NCBI RefSeq assembly: GCF_018977255.1
Contig: NW_024704742.1
Location: 113,028,001-113,092,000 of the forward strand
Direction: 5' to 3'
DNA: 64,000 nt
Source: Callorhinchus milii
Lineage: Eukaryota
In this document: one piece after another, positions 48,610-62,428 of the stretch
How the letters are laid out: each line of letters starts with the position of its first letter
Numbering within the stretch: the first letter of the stretch is position 1
The notes under the pieces: model-generated
Databases searched by the model: none
What the model was told of the DNA's origin: nothing
The model's input: the letters and a program-made list of their open reading frames with translations, nothing else
Program-made: the position numbers and the translations under genes

Positions 48610-50885
48610 TAACAACAACAACTTGCACTTATATAGGGCCCTCCATGCAGAGTAGCGCTTCAGAGCGCTTAACAGTGGCGGAACCTGACTCCAAATCAGG
48701 GGGAGGCTGTAAGCATGGTCGAAGAGGAAAGTTTACTGGTGGGACTTCAAAGAGAGGAGAGAGGGAGCAAGGCAGAGGGATTGAGGGAGAGTGTTCCAGA
48801 GTTTTGGGGCATAGTGGCTGAAAGCGCGACCTCCAATGGTGCGGCGGATGGTGCGAGGGACAAGTAGGAGGCGGTGCCAGTCGAGCAATGGTGCTGGGTG
48901 GTGGGTTGGGGAGTGAGGAGGTCGGAGAGGTAGGGAGGCACTAGCAAGTGAATAGATTTGAACACGAGTGTGAGGATCGTGAAGTCGATCTGTTCGGTAA
49001 CGGGGAACCAGTGGAGCCTGGCCAGAACTGGTGAGATGTGGGTATGGACTTTGGTCCAGGTCAGCATGCAGGTGGTAGAGTTTTGAATGAGCTGGATCTT
49101 GTGAATGGTAGAGCTGGGGAGATTGGCGAGGAGTGCGTTGGAGTAATCCAAGCTGGAGGTGACAAACACATGCACGAGGGTTTCGGGTGCATTTGGGATA
49201 AGATACAATCAGAAGGTGGGCAATATAACAGAGGTGGAAGAAGCCGGTCCTGGTCAGGAACTGATGTGGGGGAGGAGGGACAACTGGGGTTCAAACCAGA
49301 CACCTAAGTTGTGCACTGGTTCGGTGAGTCTGAGGGAGAGCCCAGGGAGGTTGGGGATTTTAGGTCCGCAGGAGTGAAGACGTTGATGGGAGCCAAGGAG
49401 TATGGCTTCCATCTTGTCCATATTCAGCTGTAAGAATTTACACTCATCCAGGCTTTGATGTCTGCCAGACAAGCTGATACAATATCGGCGGACCTGGAGT
49501 TGGTACTGGAGGAAACAAAGTAGATTTATGTGTCATCCAGATATATGTGGAAGTTTGCCCCATGTTTGCGGATGCCATCGTCCAGAGGGAGCATAAGATA
49601 AGGAAAAGAAGAGGGCCAAGGATGGAGCCCTGGAGTACCCTGCAGGTGACAGGACGGGGGCGGGAGGAGAAACCATTTGCTGAGATGAAATGAAGGCGGT
49701 TGGTTGAGTAGGACTCAAACCATGCGAGTGTGATGCCACTAGGTTAGATGAGGGAGGAGAACCAATGGAGGAGGATGGTGTGGTCGACTGTGTTTAACGC
49801 AGCAGTGTTTGAGAGGAAGGAGGGTGAAATGGGGAAAAAGAAGTTTAAGGTGGGGGCAGTGGCAGGAGCCGTGGCGGAGGGAGAAGGTGGTATGGATGGT
49901 TGGGTGGGGTGGAAGGTGACATGGGGGATGAAGATGATGCAGCCAAGGGGATGTTTTCAATTTTTGAGGCAAAGAAGTTTGCGCTTGATGTTTGACATGA
50001 GGCTAAAAGGGCTTGAGGGGGAACAGAAGGAGGTAATGGATGGTGGAAAATAGTGTCTTTGGATTGTTTTTTGCCTCCAGGATGATTCTGGAGTAAAAGT
50101 CATTTTTGACCTGTGAAAGGGAGAGGGGGTAGGTGTGGAGGTGCTCGAGCCACAGCTGGCAGTGAATTGTGAGGCGGGATTTTTGCCATCTGCTCTTGAA
50201 CATATTTGTATTTTGAGTGAGCGGAGATGACTGTTGTACCAGGATGAGCAGTTACGTTTAGAAACAACCCTGGATTTCAGTGGAGCCAGGGAATTGAACG
50301 TTGTGGAGAGACAGTCATTCAGCAGCTTCACGGCTGCATCAGGATAGCTGCGGGTGGAGGGCCAGGGGGAGAGGAGGTCCGAGGAGGAGAGGGCATTTGT
50401 GAGGGTTGGAAAAAACTGGTGGAGGGTTTGGAAGAGGGGAGGGTTAAGTGGGAGGAGAGGGAGATGAGGAAGTGGTCCGAGATGGCCTTGTCCGTGATAG
50501 ATAGATCGGAAATGTCAAGTCCATGTGTGATGACGAGGTCGAGGGAGTGGTCACGGTTGGGGGTCTGCAAGTTGATATGGAGGGTGAAGTTTAGGGAGGA
50601 GAGGAGGGCACTGAAATCTGAGGAGGTGGTGCAAGGGGAGTTTAGGTGGAGGTTGAAATCACCCATTATGAGCAGGTTTTCAGTGTAGAGGGACAGGGAT
50701 GGGAGAGGAGATATCAGGGAGGGGTGGGTGGTGGGGGGGGGGGGGGGGGTAAACTAGGAGGATTTTGAGGGAGAGAGAGGAAGGATGGTAGAGTTATAGT
50801 GCTCAATGGAGAAGAAACAGCAAGAGGAATAAGGAGATAGACCAACGAATGCTTGGGAGATGAGGGCCACCCCGCTGCCACGTTC
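48610..50885 (-). mobile_element. L2 LINE, EN to 3' end, with internal deletions
   Basis: EN motifs MGDFNLHL, SLDLVITHG and ISDHFL; degenerate RT QGSILG and YLDD; (TTG)n tail. Confidence 0.92.
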
Positions 50886-51544
50886 GACTAACATCCTTTG
50901 AATAAAAACCGTTTACTTGCTGATATCTGTTCTAAGCTTAGTTTTCACTAATTTCCACTTTATTCCATTCTTGACAATAACGTAACAGCTTGATTTTGCA
51001 GAATCTAATCTGTAATTGTTGCAGACACTTTGATCTGGACGCACTAACCAACTTCCTTCTACATTATAAAGCTTAAGTTTATTTTATCTTTCTAATAGTT
51101 CATCATCTTTATACTGGTCAGTTTTGTTGTGTATTCCTGTGTTTTTCCAGATCAGAATTCCTCCATAGTTTTCTTCCCCCTTACCCTCTATCCTCAACCC
51201 CTCTTAATTCCAACTCCCAGCTCGGGTGCAAACCCTTAACTGTCCATTGCCTTGAAACGTCCTTCCAACTTGAAGGGTGCTTTGTAAATGTAATTTTGTT
51301 GTTGATGGTGATATTGGAATATGGCTGCTTTGGGACAACCTCCTGATGTGAAAGAACTATATGTGTAAATTGCATTGTATTGCTTCTACAAACAACCCTC
51401 CAGTACCTTGCTGAACTATCAGTCTAAACATAGTTTTGTCAGGCTACTCAAGCTTCACACAGAGCCTGATCCTGTTCTTGGGTGTTATCTATATCGAACA
51501 CTTCCAGCAGAGGTCACTGAATTGCAGTCAGGAGACGTATCCCA

Positions 51545-52626
51545 ACTAATTTTTCCCTTCCTGCCCAAGGATGTTGGTGCCCAAATATATCCTTGGTCCC
51601 CTCCTCTTCAATATCTATATGCTCCCTCTTGGTAACATCATCCGCAGATACGGGGTCAACTTCCACATGTATGCAGCTGACACCCAACTGTACCTCTCTG
51701 CCTCCAACCTTGACTACAGGACCACTGCTATCCTGACAGAATGTCTGTCGGACATCAAGTCCTGGATGAGAGCTAACTTTCTTCAGTTGAACGTCAACAA
51801 GACCGAGGCCCTCCTGATTGGCTCCTGTCAGCACCTCTTCACCTCAGGCGCTGACAGCATCACCATCCATGGTTGCACACTCCACCTTGCTAAGCCAGTC
51901 TGGAACCTTGGCGTCTTGTTTGACCGTCAACTATCCTTTCTACCCCACATCTGCTCTGTCTTCCCCACCTCCACAACATCGCCCGGCTCCACCACAGTCT
52001 CACACCGCAGGCTGCCGAAATCCTCATACATGCTTTCAGTATATCAAGGCTCAACTATGCAAACTCATTGCTTGTTGGCCTCCCCAACTCTTCCCTTTAT
52101 AGGCTGCAGATCCAGAACTCTGCAGCCTGTGTCCTCTCCCACACTAAGCTCAGTGACCCTATCACCCCCATCCTTGCCCAACTCCCCTGGCTTCCCATCA
52201 CGCAGAGGATACAGTTCAAGTTCCTGGTCCTCACCTTCAAAGCGCTCCATGGTCTTGCTCCCTCCTACCTCTGCGACCTCCGAAACACCTACCATCTGCT
52301 CGCTCCCTCCGCTCAGTGGGCTCTGGCCTGCTTCATGTCCCCCGCCTCGCTTACCCCACTATTGGTGGGAAGGCCTTCTGCCATTCTGCCCCCACCCTCT
52401 GGAACTCCATCCCGCAGTCCCTCCGCCTCGCCCCCTCCCTTGCCTTCTTCAAGACCCAGCTCAAGACCCTCCTCTTCGACCGTGCTTTCGATTTCCCTGC
52501 TTCCCCTCCTGCCCTCCACCCTCCCTGACCCCCAGCTCGGGTCCGAAACTCTGTTTGTCCAATGCCTTGGAACGACCTCCCAACTTGAAAGTCACAATAC
52601 AAATGTAATTTTATTGTTGTTGTTGT
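51545..52626 (+). mobile_element. L2 LINE, RT to 3' end
   Basis: LGPLLFNIYMLPLG, HMYAADTQLY and WLPITQRIQFK, frameshifted; (TTG)n tail. Confidence 0.93.
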
Positions 52627-53409
52627 AGATACCACAATATCACCCAGCTAACTGAGTGTTGTCCAGGTTTCAGGTCTTGTGCATGCTTGGGATCTATATG
52701 ATTTATCACATCAGCCCATGCATTTTACCAATGAGCTTTGCGTAAGTTATCTGGTCAACCTCAAGTAACATTTCTAAAATATATTAATAATCATTGCATT
52801 TGATATTGCAGCTATAAAGTTAAAACATCTAAGAGTTTCACAAGAGATAGTTGTGTAATAACTGCTTTTTGTGGGCAAATGCTGAAGCTAATTTGCACAT
52901 AACAAAATCCCACAAACAGCCACAAGGTGAATGGCCAATGTATCTGAGCATTTGTTGGCCAGGACACCAAAAGAAACCCCTGTCACTTTTCAAAGCATGC
53001 CACGTGTTGACTGTTTTCTACTACATTGCTTTCATGGGTAGTATCAATTTTACCAAAAAGCATATTTACTAATACAGTAGCTGCAGGAGTTTCTTCAGAA
53101 GAAGTAATTGCAGGAGTTTCTTTTTCTTTACGTGGTATCTTCTTTCCTTATCTTGTTTTCTTTTCTGGGTCTGTTCCAGCTTCAGGCTAGTTAGTGCCTG
53201 TTATTTATACACAACAAACCAGTTTCCGTGACCTTCAAGACCATCTGAAGTGTCTCACAGTTACTGTTTTCTTGCTTTTGCTCCTCATCTAACAATGAAT
53301 ATCTCTTACACATTCATTTCCCTTGTAACTACACCAAACAGAGCAAGGACATTAGACAAAGAGGGAAACAGACTCTATTCATTTCTAACAAGTAAATAAG
53401 TTACATGAG

Positions 53410-53725
53410 TAATAATAATAATCCTTGCATTTGATATAGGGCTTTTCACATCTTCTAGATGTCTCAAAGCGCTTCACAGAATATGCTGTAAAGTGAATTC
53501 ACTGTATATTTGTGGGCGAAACGTGGCAGCCAATTGCGCACAGGAGTGTCCCACAAACAGTCGTGGATTGAAAATGACCAATTTATTATTGTTTTTTGTT
53601 TTTTTGGAGGTATTATTATTAGTGTGGAGTAAGGAAACTTGCCCAGGGTTTCACCCTGCCTGGAGTTGAACCCCCGTGTCTCGCGTGCAAGGTGAGTGCT
53701 CTAACTCCTGAGCTACAGACTCCAC
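53410..53725 (-). mobile_element. tRNA-Ala-headed SINE (short form)
   Basis: Reverse complement of the 17465 type; tail loop tagaa. Confidence 0.9.
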
Positions 53726-53917
53726 AGTACAATGAGTACAATCATCAACAGAACTTCACTTAACGCTACAGCAGTACAAATGCTCAATAGGTTTCCATTA
53801 AAGGTAAAATACATAACAACACAACAGCATAATTGTCTCCTAACAAAATTTCATCAATCTACAGTGTTAAAGTGATTCCATATGTATGTTTCGTGTTGGC
53901 AAAGCTTAGCAATAGTA

Positions 53918-53999
53918 CAGGGTGACCAAAAAGTCTTGATACTATTACAATGCCTAATAAATCTTAAAGAAATGATGATATTTTTGTTTGGTCACCCTG
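53918..53999. mobile_element. Tc1/mariner-type MITE (82 bp)
   Basis: 13-bp perfect TIR CAGGGTGACCAAA flanked by TA on both sides. Confidence 0.85.
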
Positions 54000-54742
54000 T
54001 ATTATCCATTATTCTTATGTCAAGAACAACTCGCCCCACCTCAACTGGCAGACCGGGACTTCGGTTTAATGTCTGAGCTGAAGGATAGCACCTGCGACAT
54101 TCCAGCAACACTGAGTACTGCAGTGACACATCAACATGGACTGTGAGCTCACATTTCCGATTTGATAGGTTTTGTTTTGAATGAAACCAAATATCTGAAA
54201 AATTGTGATTTTCTTTGAAAGCTAATGCCATGGCTAATGTTTCCCAAAGGATCAGTCAACAGCTGATTCTAGTAAATTCCTTTTTAACAAATTGTAACTT
54301 TGTCATCACTCAGGGAACGAGGCAGGCTGTCATCCTGAACAGAGCGTTCCATTTGGGTGTGGGTGGAAATTGAAAAGAATGAAAGAATTTCAAGTCACCT
54401 AATTTACTCAATTTAAATAATCACTCATACAGCATTGGTGTTGATTGTTTTATTGCAATGCATTTCAATTTATTAAATGCCCCTAATTCTAAACTGTTGT
54501 ATGCAGACAATTTAAATTGAATGTTTGAATGCCCTATTCTGTCAAGCCCTATGATTAAAACTATGGATTTTAGCCATGGAGCTCCAAATGGAGTATTCTT
54601 GACACACGATAACAAAGGGGAACCATTTTTAATAATAGCAATAAATGATAATAGTCTTTGCATTTGATATATTTTTCATCCAGAACTAATTTCTATCAAC
54701 ATCTCCATTATTGTAGCATGTGACTACCTACAAGTAGAGTAG

Positions 54743-55130
54743 CATCCTGTAGCATAGTGATTAGAGCGCTCGCCTCGCAAGCAAGAGGACCCGGGTTCGA
54801 TTCCCGGGCAGTGCGAAACCTTAGAGTGGAGGCATGTGTGTGGAGGATTTCCTTCCTCCACACACATGCCTCTGTTTACCTTGCAGTAAGTGGGAACTGG
54901 TTGTTAGTTGATTGGCAGATGGTTTTTCTGGGGTTAATAATCGCTCCCCCCACCAAAAAATAATAATAATTTGTTCACTCAACAAACGACTGTTTGTGGG
55001 ACACTGCTGTGTGCAGTTGGCTGCTGAATTTCGCCCACAAAATACACAGTCACTGCACTTTACAGTATGTTCTATGAAGAGCTTCGAGATGTCTCAAAGT
55101 CGCAATATCAAATGCAAGGATTATTATTAT
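54743..55130 (+). mobile_element. tRNA-Ala(CGC)-like-headed SINE (long form)
   Basis: Perfect T arm ccggg-ttcgatt-cccgg, internal segment and (TTA)n tail. Confidence 0.88.
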
Positions 55131-55609
55131 CATAAGGCCAAAACATCTTAGAATGCTTCATACTAAAGTGTATTCCTAGGCATATGTAGCATTCATGAAG
55201 ACAATGACCAATTTTTATTTGGAGGCTTATTGGCCAGGTCTCCGTAGAAAGTCCCTTTTCTTTTTGAATTTTGCCATGGGGCTTCTAACATCCAACTGAA
55301 TGGGACAGGTTTAATATCTTAATTGAAAGATGGCACAACGCAGTGCTTCCCCATCACTGCAGTGCAATGGGAATCTATACTATGAGCTCAATTCCAATTG
55401 AAATTCCAATGTATTAAACTAATACAAAAAACAAAAACAGATGATGGTTGATAATAGAAGTATAATAAAGCATTATGCAATACACATTGTTTTTACTGAA
55501 ATGCTATCCTTGTTGAATAATAAATACCAGTCAATATTTAACAGATGTTGACCTTGACTAAGAAATATAACCCCATCTGTTCCTTTATGTTTTTTTTATT
55601 CTGGGAAAG

Positions 55610-55684
55610 AAAGTGGAACCTCACAGAAATGAAGAAAAAATACAAACAGCCTTATTTGAAAAAGAGCTTGAATGGGGAAAACAA
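55610..55684 (+). CDS. Weak candidate 75-nt exon (KVEPHRNEEKIQTALFEKELEWGKQ, or KWNLTEMKKKYKQPYLKKSLNGEN in the other open frame)
   Basis: Upstream T-rich tract, purine-rich body and donor CAA|gtaagt; the acceptor (ctgggaaag) is atypical. Confidence 0.2.
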
Positions 55685-57331
55685 GTAAGTGTAAAGTGCA
55701 TCTTGTGCAAGGATCACATATAGAGTCACAAACACATAAGAACTCTGCTGCATGAGGATCTCAGGTCAAAGGGTTCTCACAAGTGTGCATGATGTACATA
55801 GGTATGAGGCACACCTTATATCCCGAAGCATTTTCCTGGACACTTGTGCTATTTATTCTTTTTCAAGCTCCTTCTCAACCTTAATTGTTCTCGTTAGGAA
55901 ACTCTATGGTTGTAGAAAATTGTGGTAGAAATTATAAATACTGTATTCCTGTTTGATATCAACTTACTGATCAAGTCAAATGTACCACAGCAAGTCAAAG
56001 TTTTCACTTGAACAAGAATATTCCTCGAATATAAAAGAGCATTTTACAAGCTTTCCCAGCAGAATTCATTTAGAATTTTGTTAAAGAAACCACAAAATGG
56101 AATCTAAATTGTCACTAGAAGCCTTCTAGAATACTAAAAATGTTTTATTGACCTGGTACCTCCTGATCAAATTCACTTTGTTCAATACATTCAATCTTTC
56201 ACTTGCACTTTGTATTGCTACAGATGCTAGCAAGATATATTGTGTGCATTTTACAATTGGTGATATTACTTTGATATTAGACATCTGTTTACAGGCTTGA
56301 TGTATATTGCGTAACAGATAAAAAAATCGGTAAGAAAGCAATTATTTTAGATCAATGCTGAGATTAAGTCCTGAAACACTGTGACCTTTGAAATTCTGAA
56401 AATGTATTTCTGCAATGAATTAAAATGTTAAAATCATTTAAACCTCTTTTCAAAGGTTTCACTATGAATATGGCCCGTGGGGACATATTAGCCATATTTA
56501 TTTATTATGTTTGGTGGACAAATAACATTATAATAAAAATAAATAATATCCAACTTTTCATCTTCTTTGATTAGATATCTTTGATTGTGGGAGAGGATGA
56601 TGAATTACATTACCATTGAAACATAGAAATTTATGGTTGGTCAACAAAATACATTTTCATAATTGAATATTTCTTGAGTTATAAATCAAAAAATATTCAA
56701 TCAAGAAACAACTGAAAATACACTATGAATCGATCACGGACTTACCTAGATTTCGTGGAAATGTTCAGGGGTGGGGGTCGTGCTGTTTCTTGGCAGCCTG
56801 CGGGCCACTTACGGCCCTCACTGCACAGCTTGGCCTCTACTGTTTTAGCCCATTTGGCCCATTGTCTCTGTGCCACAATCCGACTGTTGTTGTTATTAAT
56901 AGCAACACAAATCTGTCTGTTGTTCTTTGTGTTACTTGCAGTGACAGCCAGCATGAAAATTGTCCAGAATGCTTCTTAGGTATAAGCTGCTTGTGACTTT
57001 TCTCAACTACAGTCCCTTTCATCCAAAATCTGTTAAAAGAGATAGTGAAGACAAGCCCTCCGGGACGCTACCCCATGTGAAGGGTGCTATATAAATGCAA
57101 ATTGTTGTTGTTATGTACAGTTCACCCACTTGCATCTGTACTGTTATAAGAATGTCAGTTGTCATCTTAAATATTCTTTATGTTATATACACAGACGATG
57201 TATAATGCAGATTGATGGATTGCGAGAAAGAAATCAGCAATGACAATGGATTGCATAATTATTGATCACACAAAGCGTAATAGTGGGCACCCAATGAGGA
57301 TCTGTTTGATATCAGATTTACACAATAAATT

Positions 57332-57441
57332 CAGGGTGACCAAAAAGTCCTTTTTTTCAGCTACCCTATTACCTAAAAAAAACATAATTTCTTTAAGACT
57401 CTTAGACATTGTAATGATATCACAATGTTTTGGTCACCCTG
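57332..57441. mobile_element. Tc1/mariner-type MITE (110 bp), same family as 53918-53999, opposite orientation
   Basis: Same TIR CAGGGTGACCAAA; the internal sequence is the reverse complement of the first copy; TA is present on the right only. Confidence 0.8.
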
Positions 57442-60296
57442 TAGATCTAACCAAAGTGACAAATGTAATATATAATTTCCACCAGCTGGATAAGTATGTT
57501 GTCTGACGATGAATGGTGGTAGCATCGTGAAATCTCTTAAAGGCTGATGACTTCCTCTTTGCCTGAAATAACATAATTGTAATTATGCAGCATATCAACA
57601 AAGTCAGTATGAAGATGAACTCCCACTTCTGCTCCACAGATAAAGCTACCCTGAAGAGCTTGGTTTCCTCTATTATATCAGACTCGTCTTTCCCAACAAC
57701 TATCTCCTAACTCCCTCTGAGGCCTAACACTAAGTACAGTCACTATATCTGGAACAGGCTGCTTCAGCACCACTCGTATTCTTGGACAGGATACAAGAAA
57801 ACATTTTGTAGCATTCAATTCTAAGCCTATGGGAGTTATTTTACAGATTACTCTATCAGCAGATTTCCTTCAGTGTTCATTCTGCCTGGAATTCTTACCA
57901 GTTGATTCAATGCAGTGTAGAGATTTCCATTGAGAGTGTTCATGCATCCAATCATTGCAGCATCAAATACTGCTGTATCACAACAAATCTGAAAATTCAA
58001 CCTTTAACTCTTGAAAACACACATGCAGCAATTGTCTGGTTAGTAATTTGTCTGTGAATTCAAAGATAGGAATATGGAACTCATGCCAGCCATTTGTTTG
58101 TTGCTTGATTGCATTTTTGTTCTACTTCATTGTGTGTGGGGAGAGTTTGTACTGATATCATCAATTACAGTTTAAGTCCATTCAATTCACAAGATCACAA
58201 GATTAATTTGGATGAAGAATGACCTTCGGCCCATCTGATTTCCTCCCACTTCCTCAACACAACATCACGCTGCTTTTTCAATAAATCCAGTATCCTGACC
58301 TCAACCAGCCTTACTGTTATAGTCATTGATTACCTTATGAGTAAAGAAACATTTCCTGGTATCTGTCCTGAAATTGCCCTTTGCAACTCTAAACCAATGT
58401 CCCTTTGTTCTTTTGTCTTTGTACATCCTAATTGATCTTTCTGAAAGCCATAGTGAGTGAAAATGCAACAAGTGATGTGATGAGTATCAGATTAATATCC
58501 TCTTCAAATAATTTTGGTATACAGTAAACTCCTGGTAACTCGTCACTCTAAGCTTCAGTGATGAGTTACCCAGATTGACGAATTAGACCTATGCATAAAT
58601 ACATAAAAAAATGTAGCTGGGATATTGGAAAATTGATGCATTCAGTTTTCAGTTTTTCTACAAATACACAGTTCACAGTAAAATCCTATAAAGCCCTTTG
58701 AGATGTCTCGATGATGTGATAAGACGTCATATCCATAATAATAATCCTTGTATTTGATATAGTACCTCATCACACCTTCGAGACGTCTAAAACGCTTCAC
58801 GTAATATAGTGTAAAGTGAATTGACTGAATATTTTGTGGGCGAAATGTGGATCATCAAATGCAAGAATTATTATTAAGTTTGAAGCCCATTTTCTGTAGT
58901 GCTTTTTAAAAACTTACAGAACACTGGCTTCAAAATGAAAGAATTTAACAAATTCTGTACGGTCTGAAATGCTACATTAACAGAGTAAATCTATACCCCA
59001 GTGGAATTTTAAGAAACACTTCATTTTTATCTCATTGTGTGGATTGCAAACTCCCTGCATGAGTGGGGATGCAATTCCCCTGCAGTTGACTTAATCCAAC
59101 AAATCTACAAAATGTGCTTGTTTCTGAATAACTGCACAAAAGCTGCAGTTAACGAAAAGTTTCACTTTTTTTTTAGAAAACTTATGAGGCATGAAAAGAG
59201 CACAACAAAACCTTCAGTCAGCTTTGGAACACAATTGAATATTGTTTCTAGTTCAATGGCGCTATAATTTCTGGCAGCTGCCTGGATGAGCCCCAAGGCA
59301 AAAGATGATTCAAAGCAATAGTTATTTTTGTTTCCTTAGATCATGTAATGAGGTGAACAAAGCACTGTTCAGACCTGGAGCAACCAACTGACAGATCGCT
59401 AAGATCTTCAGTCCGTCTGAATCTTCTGACCAATTGCACCTCAGAAAGGCAAATGTAGATCCTACTTGGGATACACACTCTTTTGACTCACATTTTCCTT
59501 TATCTTTCAATGTATAGTATTTTGTTTCTCCTCTGAGAGCAGTCATTACAGCTATCAAAGGCAGTTATCCACAATAAGACTCTTTTTGACCTGATTCTAA
59601 GCAGGTTCAAGTTATAAAACTTGGATTTGCTCACGTGTTTACAAGTTCCACATATGTGGGCAGATGTCATGTTTAGTAAAAATAAATCCTTAGTAACTGT
59701 GAATAATCAACCCAACTGCTAATAATTGGTTGCATAAACAAGTTTAACAGTATGTAGATAATATTCCGCCCATATTGATCAGTCATGGAGTTAATAATTC
59801 AGACTGCTAAATTCAGCTTAAAGAGATTCAGCTAAAACCCAGTGTATTCTGAACAATATCCAATTTCTTAGCTGGTGGAAAATAAATAATTTGATTTGGA
59901 AGACAATGACACAGTGGTCAGTTTAGTGATACTTTCGATATTTATCATATCATTGAGCCTGCCAGGGGTGGCTTCCCACACCCATCCCCAAATGATGCTC
60001 TCATAGATGACATTGGTGATGCTGGGTCCACAGCATTGAACATCAACTTGTGGATAATCATGTTAGACAGTTAGTTAGATACCAACTACTCTGACTGGCT
60101 TGTTTAGTTAAACACATTATTTCCCACCAACTGGCTGTCTTATGCAGCAATTTATGAGCCAGAGATCAAATGGACTCGGTTTCATGGACATCTCCTATGT
60201 GAATGTCTGGTGGAGAGGGGGGTCAACCTCTCACACATCCAGATCCATTCAATGTGATATGTTGAATATACCCCTAAATTGACCCTATACTCGGCA

Positions 60297-60690
60297 TGTC
60301 AACCTGTCTCAGCTGGAGGCACTCCAGCTTCCAAATCACAAGGCCGTGGGTTCCAGCCCAATATTGGGAACTTAAAATCGTACAGTCTAAGCTGACACTC
60401 CACATGCTTTGCATTGTCAGAGGTGTATTCCTTGTTAAAATGAGAATTTAAACCAAGGTCCTGTGTGCCTGTTCAGATGGAAGTTAAGGATCACATAGTA
60501 CTATTCAAAAAGAGAAAGTAATTTCTCCTAGTTTCCTAGTCAACAAATAGCTAGCTGAGAAAAATTGTCCATTCACTTCATGGTTGTTTGAAGACAATGC
60601 TGCGCGCAAATTGGCTGCCGTGATTGCCTAGAAATTACACAGTTACTACTGTAAATCGTGTGGCATGTTTTGAGATGTTCTCCAGTGAAA
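60297..60690 (+). mobile_element. Deu-domain SINE
   Basis: Head, Deu core (gcattgtcagaggtg...cctgttcagatgg) and gcgcaaattggctgccg. Confidence 0.78.
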
Positions 60691-62120
60691 AAAAAACAAG
60701 AATTATTTAGCTGATTATATCTCTGTTATGTGAACTTTGCGGGAAAGCCACAAAGTCTTTCCCCTTACTGCAGGATTATGGTTCACATCACCAAGTCTGT
60801 AGACTGACCAGTGAGGTTCTAATCTGTGAGCCAAATGTGGTAGCCAGGATACTCTGATGCAAAAGTCATGCTTTGTTTTATTGCTTTAACACTGTGTGTA
60901 ATCCATTTGCTGACAAAATGTATTGGCAAGATGTTCTTTGCAGCAAATTATGTGCAAGTTAACACTATCATTCAAGAACAACGTGAACATATGTTAATAT
61001 ATTTTTTCATCAATCAATCCTAATAACCCTTCTCAGCAATAACTATAGCTAATCTGTCAATGGGTATAGTGACATGTTTGGATTATTTGCTAAAGTTGCA
61101 GTTTAATATATTAACATTAGTACAACAGCACAGTAAAATTGTGGTTAAAAAGTGAAATCATACATAATTCATGAAATAACAAATAAACATTTGGAGCTAA
61201 GCACCCTCTCATTGTCTGTCCTCAGGGATTTATTTTGGTTCTGGATGTATTCACTGTAAGACTTCTAGTCATTAGCCCCATATCTGTGGTTCTGCAGGAT
61301 CAGTGACAGCTCCTAATGGCTCATGGATGTTAGATTGCATATCACTAAGTGTAGGAATGATCTCTTTGGAAGTCAAAAAGGAAATATTAATGTGATGAAT
61401 ATTTACAGAAGCAGGCATATTAGCAATGATGAAAATCCAAATTGTAAATTCCCCTTGACAAGAAGTTTATGTCAGAGATTTGTGCTTTTTTTTCTATTCC
61501 TCAGCTACCATATTGCCCTCTGAATGTTCCATCTCCTTCTATCATCTATACTAATGATAATGTCCATCTGCACTTCAAGAAGGATCTCAATAACCAATTG
61601 ACATAGAGAAATGATTTATACCTCATCAGAAAGATCTTGCAACTGGGAGTGACATAGGCATATTTGTTTTTGGGTATCTCTTATCATTCATGAGTTATTT
61701 TCAGTTTTGCATTTTTCATTGCAGTTACACCTGGTGGCCGCCGAGCCAAAGTGGTGTTGTGGCATTGTGCGTCACAGCACCTAGGTACATATGTACACAC
61801 TGCAGTTACACTGGGTGGCCACGCCGGTTGACCGTAGCACTGTGGCATCTTTCGTCACAGAGCACGGATGTAGCCAAGCGGTGGGAACAAAATAAAGAAC
61901 ACAGACAAAGTTAAGCCGTGGCAACAACAACAAAATTATACTTTGAAAAAGCCGAGTGCTCCCACTGAGTCCTCCCAAAAGAAGTCCTCCCGGATGAGAA
62001 TAGATAAAGATTAAATGTCTGTCTGTGTGTCAGTCTGTGTTTCAATTTACATTCCATTTGGATCCTTTGGTTGCAAGCATAGTTGAATCAGGTAGAGCTA
62101 GTATCTGATAAAAACGTTTT

Positions 62121-62428
62121 AACAACAACAAGATTTCATTTATAGAGCGCCTTTCACGTCGGGAGGACGTCCCAAGGCGCTGGACAGTTGGGTCGGGATC
62201 CGAGCAGGGGGGAAATGGTCAGGGTGAGGGGAGGGAAGGGAGGGAGCGAGGAGGGGTTAGAGAGTTGAGAGGGGAGCTGAAGGCACAGTCGAAGAGAAAG
62301 GTCTTGAGACCGGCCTTGAAGGAGGAAAGGGAGGAGGCGGCGAAGGCACTGGGGGATGGAGTTCCAAAGCCTAGGGGCTGAGAGGCTGAAGGCCCGGCCA
62401 CCGATGGTAGGGCGGTTGGGGCGGTTGG
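62121..62428 (-). mobile_element. Young L2 3' end (same family as 42610-43772)
   Basis: Close reverse-complement match to 43460-43765. Confidence 0.93.

Noticed and set aside
59322..59558. 78-aa minus-strand ORF and other AG...GT pairs (24941, 36148, 56295, about 63700)
   Set aside because: Weak or one-sided splice signals, no recognisable homology, and expected by chance in 64 kb.
57480..60290. Possible very old LINE fragments at about 57480-57900 and 59900-60290
   Set aside because: Only faint peptide resemblance; too degraded to call or bound by eye.
1625..62190. Recurring ~35-nt palindromic repeat as a CRISPR-like array
   Set aside because: Copies are dispersed, in both orientations, irregularly spaced and followed by (TTG)n or (TTA)n; they are L2/SINE 3' stem-loops, and there are no cas genes.
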